Assembly: GCA_965207475.1 (NCBI GenBank)
Contig: OZ242278.1
Coordinates: 8,454-72,453 of the forward strand
Reading direction: 5' to 3'
Length of the DNA stretch: 64,000 nt
Source of the DNA: Gammaproteobacteria bacterium
GTDB lineage: Bacteria; Pseudomonadota; Gammaproteobacteria; UBA4575
Positions within the stretch are counted from its first letter, which is position 1, and the number at the start of each line of letters is the position of its first letter. Positions 18,770 through 29,916 of this stretch are shown here, piece after piece. A program made the position numbers and the translations under genes. Under the pieces are notes generated by a model. It was not told where the DNA came from and searched no databases. It saw only the letters and a program-made list of their open reading frames with translations.

Positions 18770-19380
18770 CAAAAATTGTATTGTCAAGTCACGGGAATGT
18801 ACTAAGGTCTATGAGAGAGTCAGTGTGATAGTGTCTAGCATAGGAGGGTGGTGATCCAGTGATTGATAAGGCTGGACATGTTTGTACTGGTGAACCCATT
18901 GCGTAATTACACATTGTGTTTCATTCAGTAAGAAAAAGACTTCTCTGTATTGAGCTCTTCATGCCGCAGTGTTCGCCGAAGAGTTTCAGTTTAGCTCCAC
19001 ACAAGGCCCAAGGTGACCATCAGCGGATTCAATTTCGGTCTTTGGGGAGCATTTCAGACACATTGGCCAGCACGTAAGCGTCTACGTCTGCGATATACGT
19101 TCCTGCAACAACCGTGTGAATTAATGGATGCATGGAGTTCAACTGCAGTCCAACGTTAACATGTCGTCAACCATCTGTATTTTCTTGTTAACTTTCTTAC
19201 CTATAAGTGACTAGGCTATGCTAAATGAGCAAGCTCAGACTCTGCACATGAAAATCTAATCTAGTGATATCAGCTTAAGGTTTGCTCCGAAATATGACAC
19301 AGTAAGTGAATATCGATACTGTACCTTTAATTAGGAATTGTATTTACACTAAACACTGAATTTTACCAAGAATTTACAAA

Positions 19381-21531
19381 ATGAAGATTCGCAATATTTT
19401 AGACAAAATAGACGAAAACCAATTATTCATTCCAGCTTTTCAGCGCGAGTACGTGTGGAAGAGAGAGGATGCCAAACAGCTCATTGACTCCCTGTTAAAA
19501 GATTACCCAACTGGGACCATGCTCACTTGGGAAACCTCCAGCCCCCCTGAGTTAAAGGGGCCCCACAAATATAGTTCCCAGTAAGGCTCCGTGAAATTGC
19601 TGCTGGATGGACAGCAGCGGGTCACAACGTTGTACATGCTGATCAAAGGAGAGATACCTCCTTACCTATCTAAGGAAGAGATCCTCCATCCGGTCATGGG
19701 GTTGTTTGTTCATTTGCAAACCCTGGAGCTTTCCTACTACATGAAAACTAAAATGGAAGGAAACCCGTATTGGCAAAATATTACTGAGGTATTCAGAAGA
19801 GCAGTCAGGTCTCAAGACGTTGTAAGAGCCCTTCAAGATCAAGCAATAAGTATTGATCGCAAACTGGAGGACACAATTTATGACAATACAAGGGCGATCG
19901 AAAATATAGTTGACCGGGAATTCCCAGAGCAAATCATTCCGCCGAAAGCATCGATCAAAGAAGCCATAGATATTTTCTACAAGGTGAATGCAAGTGGTGT
20001 GGCACTCACTGAGGCAGAGCTTGCACTAGCTCAAATCTCCGGGTACTGGCCGGAGGCACGTGATGCATTCAAATCCAAGCTGCGCGAGTTGGCAGCACAG
20101 GGCTTTGTCTTAAAACTTGATTTCATCGTTTACGCCATCTTGGGATGTATGTACTACGTGGGTTCAGACATGCAGAAATTGCATAGCGAAGAGAACCTTG
20201 TAACGAAGCAGGATCGAGAAGGCATTCGAGAAGTGTGGGAGAAATTGGATAAGTACGTTCTGGGTTACGTCATGAATCTGATGCGGAGCAAGGGGTTCGT
20301 GGATCACACATCAGAAATCAACACAATCTATGCCTTAATACCAATAGTTGTCTTCTGTTACTCGAAACATGGCAAAACCATTCCAGAACAGCAACTCTGG
20401 AGAATCATAAAATGGTTTTACTATTCCCAAATCCGTGCTCGTTATGTTAGTCAGCTGCCTCAAAAACTTGACTTCGACCTACGTATCATCAAGGAAAAGG
20501 AGCGCCCATTCGAAGAATTATTAGGTGTGATTAAGGAAGATCGTCGCCTGGAGGTCTCGCCGGATGAATTTGTAGGTCGATCGATATCACACTCACTGTT
20601 CGGGTTGTTGCGTTGGTACATCAAGAGTCGTGGTGCAACCTGCTTTACCACAGGGCTCGGGCTGCACAGGAATATGGGTGAAAAGTATCAGTTGGAAAAC
20701 GATCATATTTTCCCTTGGGCAATACTCAAAAAACATGGCTACGGAAGGGAAAATCGTGTCAACTATCAGTATGCTCAGGAGCTGACGAATCGAGCTGTGC
20801 TAACAAGTTTAGCCAACAGACAAAAGTCGGATTCTGCAGCAGAGGAATACCTTGCTGAAATACAGCAAAACTCACCTGATTCGTTACGTAAGCAATGCAT
20901 TCCTGATAATCCAGAGTTGTGGAAGGTAGAGAACTATAAGGAGTTTCTTGCTGTACGACGCAAGCTTTTGGCAGATGAGTTCAACAAATTCCTTGAGGGC
21001 CTGGCCAAGGAAGACGAAGATCACTATGGGGAAAGTACACTCGTGGAAATGATTGCAGGTGGTGAAAGCGAAGACCTGGAATTCAAGCAGTCACTCCGAT
21101 GGGACTCCAAACAATCCGAACAGATTAAACTGGCAGAATCGATGATCATGAAAACCATCGCAGGTTTTGCAAACTCCGATGGAGGAACGTTGTTAATTGG
21201 CGTGATGGACGATGGCAGGATTGAGGGACTGGAGATGGATTATGAGTCCTTGGGTGGAGATAAAGACGAATTTGAGCTTCACCTTGGCCAGTTGATTGAC
21301 CGGGAATTTGGCAAGGCATTCAGGCCAATGCATATCAAAATTTCCTTTCCATTAATTGAAGAGACTGATATTTGCAGAGTGGATGTCAACCCTGCTAATG
21401 CTCCAGTAGTACTGGAAACACAGAATAAACATGGTCAAAAGCTTGAAAAATTCTATGTACGCAGTGGAAACTCCACACAAGAATTCAGTTTTTCTGATGC
21501 CAGTGAATACATACGTACTAGGTTTCCGTAG
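19381..21531 (+). pseudogene. DUF262 (GmrS-like) + HNH-like DUF1524 + AlbA_2/Schlafen-like protein with an in-frame TAA at 19582-19584
   Basis: IPAFQREYVW ... *GSVKLLLDGQQR in one frame; ENDHIFP...N...N HNH-like; ESEDLEFKQS, GFANSDGGTLLIGV, FYVRSGNST AlbA_2 motifs. Confidence 0.85.
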
Positions 21532-22162
21532 TAATGAATGGGAATTATATACTTGATCAAGCAATTCATGGTGATGTCCGTGGATGCTGAAATCCACTAA
21601 ATGATCGGCTCCTTGTCGACTGTGCGGGCGGACGGGATTCTCGTATGCTGGCAGGGGGACGCCGCCTCGTGCGGGCACACGGCTTGGCTCGGGTATGAGT
21701 CCGAGCACTATGGCATGGTCAAGGCCGGTATCGTGCAAGTTCCTTTTGGCCCGGGTTCCTATGGGGTCTCGACCAGCTGGTTTTTTGCTCAGCATTTCTA
21801 CATCAGGCTGTCTGATGACATGGACCTGGGAATCCGGTGGACGAAATCCTACGGAGACCTGATCCCGATGGGAGCATACGACTTTGCCTGTCTTGTCGCT
21901 TCGCTACCACGGCATGGACACGTCCGGCATTCTCTACGGCAATAATTTTGTTGGAGGCAAGGGGAATGACTACTCCAGCATCTATGGTGGTGTCGGCAAT
22001 GTCGGTGCCACCGGCCATGGACCCGAGTGGCTGTAAGCGTTCCGACGGATCCGTTCACCCCCTCCCACCCAACCCGTTTTTGCAGGATGAGATTCTAACG
22101 GTCGAAAGTTCATTGCCAATCCCTTCGGAGCGGTCTGTTCCAGGTGCGGTGTCCCGAGCGCT

Positions 22163-22630
22163 TCAATTCGTCGATGCGGCGCTCGTGGCATCTTCGATGA
22201 CGGCGGTCTTCTCACCTGTGAAAATCCAAGTTCCTATCGGTACTTCCTTCCAGCCGTCGCTGCAGTGCCGCGAGGCCAACGTGGAACATATAACCCACTG
22301 CTCCAGCTTTCTCATCCGGATCGAGAAGGTCTCGTCCTCTTCCTCCACGTCGTCGCTGAATGTCTCCACCGAAATTGTCAACGAAGAGCCAATCTCGCCC
22401 GTCACATGGTCTCTCCACGAATGGGCCGTCTCGTAGTCCTCGCCTTCCGTGGCCGTGCCACCATCCGTGTCGTACCACAGACGGATTTTCTTCGCTGATA
22501 CCCCTTCGACATATTGGGGATGGGTCACGACGATGGAGAAGTCCACCGTGTCGCCTTCCTGAACGATCAGGCTTTCGGCGTGAGCGGTCCCGGCAACAAG
22601 GGCCAGGGCCGCGATCTTGAGCATCTTCAT
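22163..22630 (-). CDS. Small secreted Calx-beta-like protein
   Basis: Signal peptide ending AHA; VQEGD, YDTDGGTATEGEDY, ISVETFSDDVEEEDETFSI, TAVIED. Confidence 0.8.
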   Translation of the reverse strand: MKMLKIAALALVAGTAHAESLIVQEGDTVDFSIVVTHPQYVEGVSAKKIRLWYDTDGGTATEGEDYETAHSWRDHVTGEIGSSLTISVETFSDDVEEEDETFSIRMRKLEQWVICSTLASRHCSDGWKEVPIGTWIFTGEKTAVIEDATSAASTN

Positions 22631-22733
22631 AAGCTTATTCCTCTTCATACCTGGCAGACAGACCCCGTCACACAGGGCGAATACTCAACGATCGCATCCG
22701 CCCGGCACAACAAGAGCCTATAGTGCCAGCTCG

Positions 22734-23204
22734 TTACTCTGGTCCCGTAGCTCCTACAAACGTATCGCGGATCTCCGCGCGTATCGTCTTGGAGCTAGGA
22801 ACGCCGGGAAGATAGATCACGGCCCACGCAGCACTCCAATCGTTGCCCCAACGCATCTGCTTCTTGGTGAGCGCCAGCTTGAAATCCCTGGTGACTGCAT
22901 CGGGATTTACACGGGTTTGGACCTTGACCTCTGCGCTTTGTGTACCCGCGTTGAACATCAGGTAGCCTTGTTTTGCATCGTAGTGCCTGCCTGCTTGGGC
23001 ACTGCCGTCTTGAGTTTCATAGGGGAATCGCACGTCAAAGTCGTAGGTTTGCGGCAGGGTGATCTTGAATGCTGCCACCTCTCCCTCGTCCACCTCGATG
23101 TCCGGTGCCGAGAACTCCGCCGCTACAGTGACCTGCGCTACCAGCATCAGGGCAGCGATGCCTGCCCCCCCCAGAAGCTTCCTTCCGTTAACTGAATGTT
23201 TCAT
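22734..23204 (-). CDS. Small secreted Calx-beta-like protein
   Basis: Signal peptide; IEVDEGE, YETQDGSAQAGRHY, GYLMFNAG, DFKLAL. Confidence 0.8.
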   Translation of the reverse strand: MKHSVNGRKLLGGAGIAALMLVAQVTVAAEFSAPDIEVDEGEVAAFKITLPQTYDFDVRFPYETQDGSAQAGRHYDAKQGYLMFNAGTQSAEVKVQTRVNPDAVTRDFKLALTKKQMRWGNDWSAAWAVIYLPGVPSSKTIRAEIRDTFVGATGPE

Positions 23205-23583
23205 GACACACCCCCCGTTAAAACGAATAAGAAAATCCAGCAAGTTAAAATCGCACCACCATTGAGCGTAACGCGTCCATTCCCGTATCGGTCATAGTCA
23301 TCGCATCGTCTCCGAACTTGCTGGTCTGCCCAGCGTCACACCCAATGCACAGCCCCTCCATGGCCTGGCGGGCATGAAGAAAAACACGGACATGTCTATT
23401 TGTTGCTAACAAACCCATGCATGCTCTTTGCTGCTTTTGCTGTATTATAGCACACCCGAGTAGCGGTTGCTCAAATGGGGCGAATCCAAGCGAATGATGC
23501 AACAGAATTTCCAGTGCTATATACCGTGGCAGCCGACCATACGAGAAACTGTCAAGGTAATCCGTACCGCCGCCGGTATATTC

Positions 23584-25008
23584 GTGCAAAGGAAGGACGG
23601 TTTGGGGAACTCGCACAGGGTCGTATCCCCTTTCGCATACCTCTTGGCTATGGCAGTTTTGCTTGTTCCTGTGCCCGGGTCGGCACAGTCAGACTCGTCC
23701 CCCCCCAGCACGATCGACCTGACATTGAAAGATGCAGTCAGGCGTGCATTGGAGTACAACCGGCCTCTCATCAATCGGCGCTCTGACCGGAAAGTACAGA
23801 GGTTTTCTCTTGAGGTGTCCGAGGACCGGTGGACTCCCCAGTTTGCCGTGCGGCCTTTCGCCAGTACGGACCGTCAGGACCGCAGGGCAGGGGTGGGTGC
23901 CGAGACGAGCCTGCGCATTTTCACAGGCGGCCAGTTCGTGTTGCGCTGGGAGGAAACCCTTTCCGACAAGTTTGCCGATTCCGGATCGCAGACGCTCAGT
24001 TTTTCCCAGCCGCTGCTAAAGGGTGCCTGGCCCGGCATTGAGACGGCATCGTTTCGCCAGCAACAAATCCAGGATCGAATCTACACTCTATCCTTGCGCA
24101 AAGCGGTGGAAGACCTGATCGTTCAGGTATCCAGGTCGTACCGGACGCTCATTGCAGCGAGACGGCAGGTAGAGATCGCAGAGACCGCACTGCGCCGTGC
24201 CCAGGAGCAGCTGCAAGTAACCCAATCCCTGATTCGCGCCGGGCACGTAGCACAACGGGAGGCCGTGCGTTCCGAAACCACGCTTGCCAGCCGCGAACTG
24301 GCACTGACCCAGGCACGCAACCACCTGGATAGCGCAAACTTCGACCTGATCGGCATTCTCGAATTGGACAGCACGGTACTGGTGCACCCATTGGATGAGC
24401 TGAAAATTCAGCGCCGGCCAGATGAGTTGAACCCCGCACTTGAGGAGGTGTTGCATCGACGCCCTGATTTCCTTCAAACCAGGCTGCAGGTCGAGACCGC
24501 TGAGATCGCTCTTGAGGTTGCACGCAACAATTTACTGCCGGATTTGTCACTGGGGCTTGAGTGGAACCGCAACGATATCGGACGGACGGACACCCAGGTG
24601 CGGGTTGATGCCAACTTTCCCTTGACTGACCGGGGGGACGATCTCGGCCATATGAGAGCGAAAAACGACTTGCGCCGAGCTGAGAGGAACCTGGCCGAAC
24701 TGCGTGAGTCGATCGGCATCGAGGTGCGCCAGACCGTGAATGACGTCGAGGTAGGGTTTCGGCTGACTGAACTGGCCCGCAGGGCACGCGAACTTGCCGC
24801 AGAGAATCTGGTGGTGGAGAGGAAGAAATTCAGCCAGGGGCTGGCTTCTTCCTTTGAAGTGGCAGCCGCCGAAGACGATCTGGTTCACACGGAGCAGTCC
24901 GAGGTCACCACGATAATCAGCTATCTGGATGCGCGGACGCGACTGGACCAGATTTCGGGCAGGATGCTGGATCTCTGGAATATCCGGATCGAGGAGGTCC
25001 CGCAGTGA
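23584..25008 (+). CDS. TolC family outer membrane channel
   Basis: LTLKDAVRRALEYN, FSQPLLKG, RNNLLPDLSL, ERKKFSQGLASSFEV; start uncertain (ORF open from 23467; GTG23584 or ATG23650). Confidence 0.88.
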   Translation: MQRKDGLGNSHRVVSPFAYLLAMAVLLVPVPGSAQSDSSPPSTIDLTLKDAVRRALEYNRPLINRRSDRKVQRFSLEVSEDRWTPQFAVRPFASTDRQDRRAGVGAETSLRIFTGGQFVLRWEETLSDKFADSGSQTLSFSQPLLKGAWPGIETASFRQQQIQDRIYTLSLRKAVEDLIVQVSRSYRTLIAARRQVEIAETALRRAQEQLQVTQSLIRAGHVAQREAVRSETTLASRELALTQARNHLDSANFDLIGILELDSTVLVHPLDELKIQRRPDELNPALEEVLHRRPDFLQTRLQVETAEIALEVARNNLLPDLSLGLEWNRNDIGRTDTQVRVDANFPLTDRGDDLGHMRAKNDLRRAERNLAELRESIGIEVRQTVNDVEVGFRLTELARRARELAAENLVVERKKFSQGLASSFEVAAAEDDLVHTEQSEVTTIISYLDARTRLDQISGRMLDLWNIRIEEVPQ

Positions 25009-26846
25009 AGCAGAACCACGATCCGAAGTTGTACCAAACCCTTCTGGAGAACCTGTCGGACGGAGTGATAGTCATCGGTTCCGATGGGTATGTCCAGATC
25101 GCCAACAGTGCCTTCTGCCAGATGTTCGGATTCGAGCCAGATGAGGTGGAGGGGAGCCTCTTTGGAGAACTCTTTATCATGTTCGAGGGGTTCGATGAAT
25201 TCGCCGAGATCATCCTCAACGCGGTGACGGATCGGCATAGTGGCGAACGGCAGGTCACCAGCGTACGCATCAGAGAGGAACTGCGGCTCCTGTCGGTCAC
25301 GACTTCGTATCTGGCTACCACGCATCCGGAAGAAGCAGAACGGACTGCGGTCGTCGCCGTAATTTCCGACATCACCGAAATCCAAGAGTTGCGCGAGACC
25401 GAGTTGCGCATGGCGAAAGTGACCGAGAAACAGCGGGACGAGCTTCAAGTCGCATATCGCGATCTCGAGAGCCGTAACGCGGAACTTTCCCAAATAGGGA
25501 AAAGGATTCAAACGACACGCAATGTCGCAACGATCTTCGTGCTCACCCTGTTCCTTGCCGTCGGCATCTGGTACCTCAAGCCGCTGGACCTCTCCGGGCC
25601 GGATGTCTTTTCGGAACCGTCCGGCGATTTGCTGGCCGATGATCCCGGGGCCATGCAAACGATGGTGGTGGAAGCCAGGGATTTCGATTCAACGATTACA
25701 TTGCGGGGCCATCTGGTCCCGGGCCGCATCGTGGAGATTGTCAGTCCGATCGAAAGCCACGTAAGCACGGTGCACGCGGTTCCCGGCCAGCGGGTGACAG
25801 AAGGCGATTTGCTGGTCGGTCTTGATGCGAGCCAGCTCGCTGCGGAGTATAAGCAGACCCAGGTCGACTACATCAAGGCACGTGACCGACTCGCCCAGGT
25901 CGAAGACTGGGCAAACAGTGCGGAAATGGCGCGTGTGCGCCGCGCCTTGCGCCGGGCGAGGATGGGGCTCGATGATTCGCAACAAAACCTCAAGCGGACC
26001 GCCTTTCTGCTGGAACAGGGAATCGTGCCGGCCTCGGAGCATGAAGGGGCGCAACGGCAACTCCAGAACCGGCAGTTGGATTTTGCAGAAGCTGAGCAGG
26101 AGCTGGAGGCCGTCAGGATGCAGGGCGGAGCCGAGGAACAGCGGGTGGCGAAACTGGAGGCAGAGAATGTGGAGAGCCGATTGCGTGCGCACGAAGAGAA
26201 GTTGGCGCAGACTGAAATCCTGGCACCGATTTCAGGAGCCGTCATGCCTGCGGACGATGGGCCTGGGGCAAAACCTCTGGTACGGGGCCGCTCGGTTGCG
26301 CAGGGGGAATTGCTGCTGAGCATCGCCGATTTCGAGCGCCTCTCAGTCGTGACCCGCATCGACGAGGTGGATGTAAGGAAAATACGGATTGGCCAGAAAG
26401 CCAGGATTACCGGTCCTGGATTTCCCGGTCTCCAGGCCGAAGGATCGGTCACGTTTGTTTCTTCACAGGCTGGCAGGGGTTCACGAATGCGGAATACCCC
26501 GCAGTTTGAGATCACCGTTGCTCTGGACAGGCTGGAAGCGGAGGCTCTCAGCCGTTTGCGGGTCGGCATGTCAGCACATGTCACGATCGTTGTGTACAAC
26601 CAGCCGCAGGCGCTGCTCATCCCATTGCATGCCGTGGTCAAGTCGGCAGACGGGGCGCGGGTGCACGTCATCGATCCGAAGACCCAGGCCATCGAGCAAA
26701 GAACCGTCACCCTCGGCCTCACAACGCTGGATTCCGTTGAGGTGATGGAAGGGCTTGTCGCAGGCGAGACCATCGTCCTGTTTGTTTCTTCGCCCGAGAC
26801 ACACCACCCGGGCGTTATTCCGATGCACGGAGGCTTGCTCCCATGA
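25005..26846 (+). CDS. PAS domain-fused periplasmic adaptor (MacA/HlyD-like membrane fusion protein)
   Basis: N-terminal PAS (LLENLSDGVIVI...ANSAFCQMFG...ISDITE), coiled coil, one TM, then MFP lipoyl/hairpin/barrel motifs (GQRVTEGDLL, ILAPISG, LRVGMSA). Confidence 0.88.
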   Translation: MKQNHDPKLYQTLLENLSDGVIVIGSDGYVQIANSAFCQMFGFEPDEVEGSLFGELFIMFEGFDEFAEIILNAVTDRHSGERQVTSVRIREELRLLSVTTSYLATTHPEEAERTAVVAVISDITEIQELRETELRMAKVTEKQRDELQVAYRDLESRNAELSQIGKRIQTTRNVATIFVLTLFLAVGIWYLKPLDLSGPDVFSEPSGDLLADDPGAMQTMVVEARDFDSTITLRGHLVPGRIVEIVSPIESHVSTVHAVPGQRVTEGDLLVGLDASQLAAEYKQTQVDYIKARDRLAQVEDWANSAEMARVRRALRRARMGLDDSQQNLKRTAFLLEQGIVPASEHEGAQRQLQNRQLDFAEAEQELEAVRMQGGAEEQRVAKLEAENVESRLRAHEEKLAQTEILAPISGAVMPADDGPGAKPLVRGRSVAQGELLLSIADFERLSVVTRIDEVDVRKIRIGQKARITGPGFPGLQAEGSVTFVSSQAGRGSRMRNTPQFEITVALDRLEAEALSRLRVGMSAHVTIVVYNQPQALLIPLHAVVKSADGARVHVIDPKTQAIEQRTVTLGLTTLDSVEVMEGLVAGETIVLFVSSPETHHPGVIPMHGGLLP

Positions 26847-27613
26847 GCACACCGTCCTGCGTGTTGCGCCTGGAAGACATTAAAAGATCCTACCAGATCG
26901 GGCCTGTCACGACGGAGGTCTTGCGAGGCTTCGACTTGGAGATTGAAGCGGGCGACCTGCTGTCGGTCATGGGACCTTCGGGCAGCGGCAAGTCGACGCT
27001 GATGAACATTATCGGCCTGCTGGATCACCCGACATCAGGGGCCTGTTTCCTCGACGGGCATGATGTCTCCAAGCTCAAGGACGACGAACTCTCGGCCTTG
27101 CGTAACCGGCATATCGGATTTGTTTTCCAGTCATTTCATCTGCTGGCGAATCTGACCGCGCTTGAGAATGTTTGTCTGCCAATGGTGTACCGGGGCTTGG
27201 GAAGGGCGGAGATGAAACGCCGGGCGCGCGCGATTCTGGAACGGGTCGACATGGGAAACCGCATGAACCACCGCCCGGACCAGCTCTCTGGTGGTCAGAA
27301 GCAAAGGGTCGCAATTGCCCGGGCACTGGTGGGAGAGCCCGCGTTGCTGCTGGCCGACGAACCGACAGGGGCGCTGGACCCCGGCATGTCCGATGAAGTG
27401 GTCAACCTGCTCCTGCAAATGAATGTGGAGCGGGGAGTCACGGTCCTGATCATCACGCACGACCCGCTGGTTGCAGATCGGTGTACCCGGCAACTGCACA
27501 TCCAGGATGGGACACTCCTCGAAACAAAACGCACGGTCTCTGATACCACTCCACCGTCATCCCGAATCAGGCAGGAAAGTGCCCGAGACAGCGCAGCGGC
27601 CATCCCCCCTTGA
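26843..27613 (+). CDS. ABC transporter ATP-binding protein (MacB/LolD type)
   Basis: GPSGSGKST, LSGGQKQR, LLADEPTGALD, ITHD. Confidence 0.95.
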   Translation: MSTPSCVLRLEDIKRSYQIGPVTTEVLRGFDLEIEAGDLLSVMGPSGSGKSTLMNIIGLLDHPTSGACFLDGHDVSKLKDDELSALRNRHIGFVFQSFHLLANLTALENVCLPMVYRGLGRAEMKRRARAILERVDMGNRMNHRPDQLSGGQKQRVAIARALVGEPALLLADEPTGALDPGMSDEVVNLLLQMNVERGVTVLIITHDPLVADRCTRQLHIQDGTLLETKRTVSDTTPPSSRIRQESARDSAAAIPP

Positions 27614-28836
27614 TGCCGGACTTCATGCCAAACGCGAGGCTTTTCCTGATTTTGGCCACCAATGCCAGGGAAGCGGTCGGAAGCCTGTACAGGGCACGGC
27701 TTCGCACGGTGCTTGGCCTGGTCGGGATCATGATCGGGATTTCCTCGGTCATCACCATGATTTCGCTTGGAGAAATCGCCAAGGAACAGGCTCGCAAGGA
27801 GTTCGAGGCCCTTGGCACCGACATCATGCTTATCCGCAAGACATCCCAGGCTCAGGGCCCCGGGGCGGCAGCCATCCGCCTGGCAGATGCGGTGGCGCTG
27901 GCGGAAGTGGCGTCAATCTCGAAAGCGGCACCCAGAATCCAGGGGCACGGCGAATTCCATCATGCCGGGGAAAGGGTCGGGCGTGGGAGCATCCAGGGGG
28001 TCACGGCCGCCTTTGCAGACGTAAACCGGCTCTCTCTCGCAGAAGGCCGATTTGTTTCGGATTTCGATGTCGACCGCCACTTCTGCGTCATTGGTGCCGA
28101 CATCGCAGGCGCGATGCGCCGGGGCGGTGCAGGCCGACTGGTGGGCGAAATCGTCGAGGCGAGGAACATGCTCTGCACTGTCGTTGGCGTGCTCGAGCAC
28201 AGGACAGAAAACTATGCACTGCCCATCCAGGTGCAGGCGAACGAGTCTGTCTTCTTGCCCATCACGACCTCAAGACGGATCGTTACACCCCCGGAGATTA
28301 ATATGATTATTGCCCGTTCGCACGCAGACGCTTATCACGCAGCAGCTGCAGCGGACGTCCGGTCATTCTTCGGCAAGCGGACGCCCAGGCTCGAACTCGA
28401 AGTTCTCACTGCCAAGGAGCTGATTGCACAAATGGAAACGCAGATGGGCATCTTTACCCTGTTGCTGGGGGCGACCGGCAGCATTGCACTCATTGTCGGG
28501 GGCATCGGTATCATGAACATCATGCTGGTATCTGTCGCCGAGCGGCGTCGGGAAATTGCCATCCGCCGTGCGCACGGCGCACGGCGCCGTGACATCCAAA
28601 GCCAGTTCCTCATCGAATCTATTGTTTTGACCTTGGCAGGCGGTGCGTTCGGTATTCTGCTCGGCCTGCTGGCGACCTGGGGAATCTGCCGGTTTAATGG
28701 CTGGGAGTTCTTTATTTCGGGCCTTTCCGTGGCGAGTGGTGTGGGTACCGCCACCGCGACCGGTCTGTTCTTTGGACTCCAGCCGGCCCGCCATGCCGCA
28801 CGACTTGACCCCATTGCCGGACTCCAGGGCGAATGA
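27610..28836 (+). CDS. MacB/FtsX-type ABC permease
   Basis: LRTVLGLVGIMIGISSV, large periplasmic domain, VGGIGIMNIMLVSVAERRREIAIRRA, PARHAARLDPI. Confidence 0.93.
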   Translation: MMPDFMPNARLFLILATNAREAVGSLYRARLRTVLGLVGIMIGISSVITMISLGEIAKEQARKEFEALGTDIMLIRKTSQAQGPGAAAIRLADAVALAEVASISKAAPRIQGHGEFHHAGERVGRGSIQGVTAAFADVNRLSLAEGRFVSDFDVDRHFCVIGADIAGAMRRGGAGRLVGEIVEARNMLCTVVGVLEHRTENYALPIQVQANESVFLPITTSRRIVTPPEINMIIARSHADAYHAAAAADVRSFFGKRTPRLELEVLTAKELIAQMETQMGIFTLLLGATGSIALIVGGIGIMNIMLVSVAERRREIAIRRAHGARRRDIQSQFLIESIVLTLAGGAFGILLGLLATWGICRFNGWEFFISGLSVASGVGTATATGLFFGLQPARHAARLDPIAGLQGE

Positions 28837-28996
28837 GTCAACGCCATCCATACCCGGCAAGGCCTGCTGCTGCCTGCAACCAACGCACGGAGGGCTCCCG
28901 GACTCTTCTTCAGTTCATCTGCAGGATCTGGGCCGGTGAGCAAGTCTGGCAGGCACTGCGGTGAGACACGGTCCCCGGATGGTGTCGGATTCCTGC

Positions 28997-29520
28997 TCAG
29001 TCATTATCCTCGATGGTTACCTGTAGCTCGATGACACTCGGTATATGATGATCCCCGCTATGAGACTTCCATGTGCTTTCCCCTGCTTTAATGACATCGG
29101 GATCTGTGAATTTGATCCAGTAGCTCTCATTTCCTTCCTGTTCAGAGTCATCTACAGTTGACGGAGTCAAGTCCAGATATTTGGTGTAGTTATTGGGGCT
29201 GGTGAATTGAATCTTCCACCCAGCCGGACAGAAAGTGGGGTAGTCCGTTCCTTCCGGGTAATCGCTGCCAAAAAATGTCGCTGATACCCCCCCGTTGCAG
29301 TCCCGTCACTCGTACAGATTTTATACCGTACGGCTGAATAGCCACTCGAGTGACGCCTCGCCTCATGTGAAAAGCTAGGCAACTTCAATCGATAGCTACC
29401 ACGTTGTCCTTCCGTTACCCTGGTCTGCGAATAGGCAAAAGCACTGGATGCTGAAAAAAACAATATCCCGGCAATTGCCATCCCGACTAGCATTTGATGC
29501 AGATTCTTTGCGATTTTCAT
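28997..29520 (-). pseudogene. Frameshifted Calx-beta-like secreted protein (paralog of 29917-30441)
   Basis: 524 nt versus 525 nt for the intact copy; missing base at the G7 tract (C7 on + strand, 29287-29293); downstream frame still reads ...IELQVTIEDND*. Confidence 0.85.
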
Positions 29521-29916
29521 TGGGAGTCTCCTTTCTTTCAATTACAAGAAACTAAGTGTACATCCAATGCAGGTTATGATCTATCTCCGTCAGCACGGCT
29601 CTTGCAAACTCGCGCGGGCGTTCAGCTTTCGATGCTTTCCCCCGCACTAGGGAGCAACCGATGAGTCCTGAGGGGCGCTCTGCTTCTAGAATTGTATCCC
29701 GAGATTGACTGTGCTGGCATACGCCTGGTTGCTGGCGTCAGCCCGGCTCAGCGACAGGGCGAATGAGTCAACGCCAATCATACCCGGCGAAGCCTGCTGC
29801 TGCCTGCAACCAACGCACGGAGGGCTCCCGGACTCTGCTTCAGTTCATGTACAGGATCTGGATCGGTGAGCGGGTCTGGCAGGGGCCGCAGTGAGAAACG
29901 GTTCCCGGATTACCGC

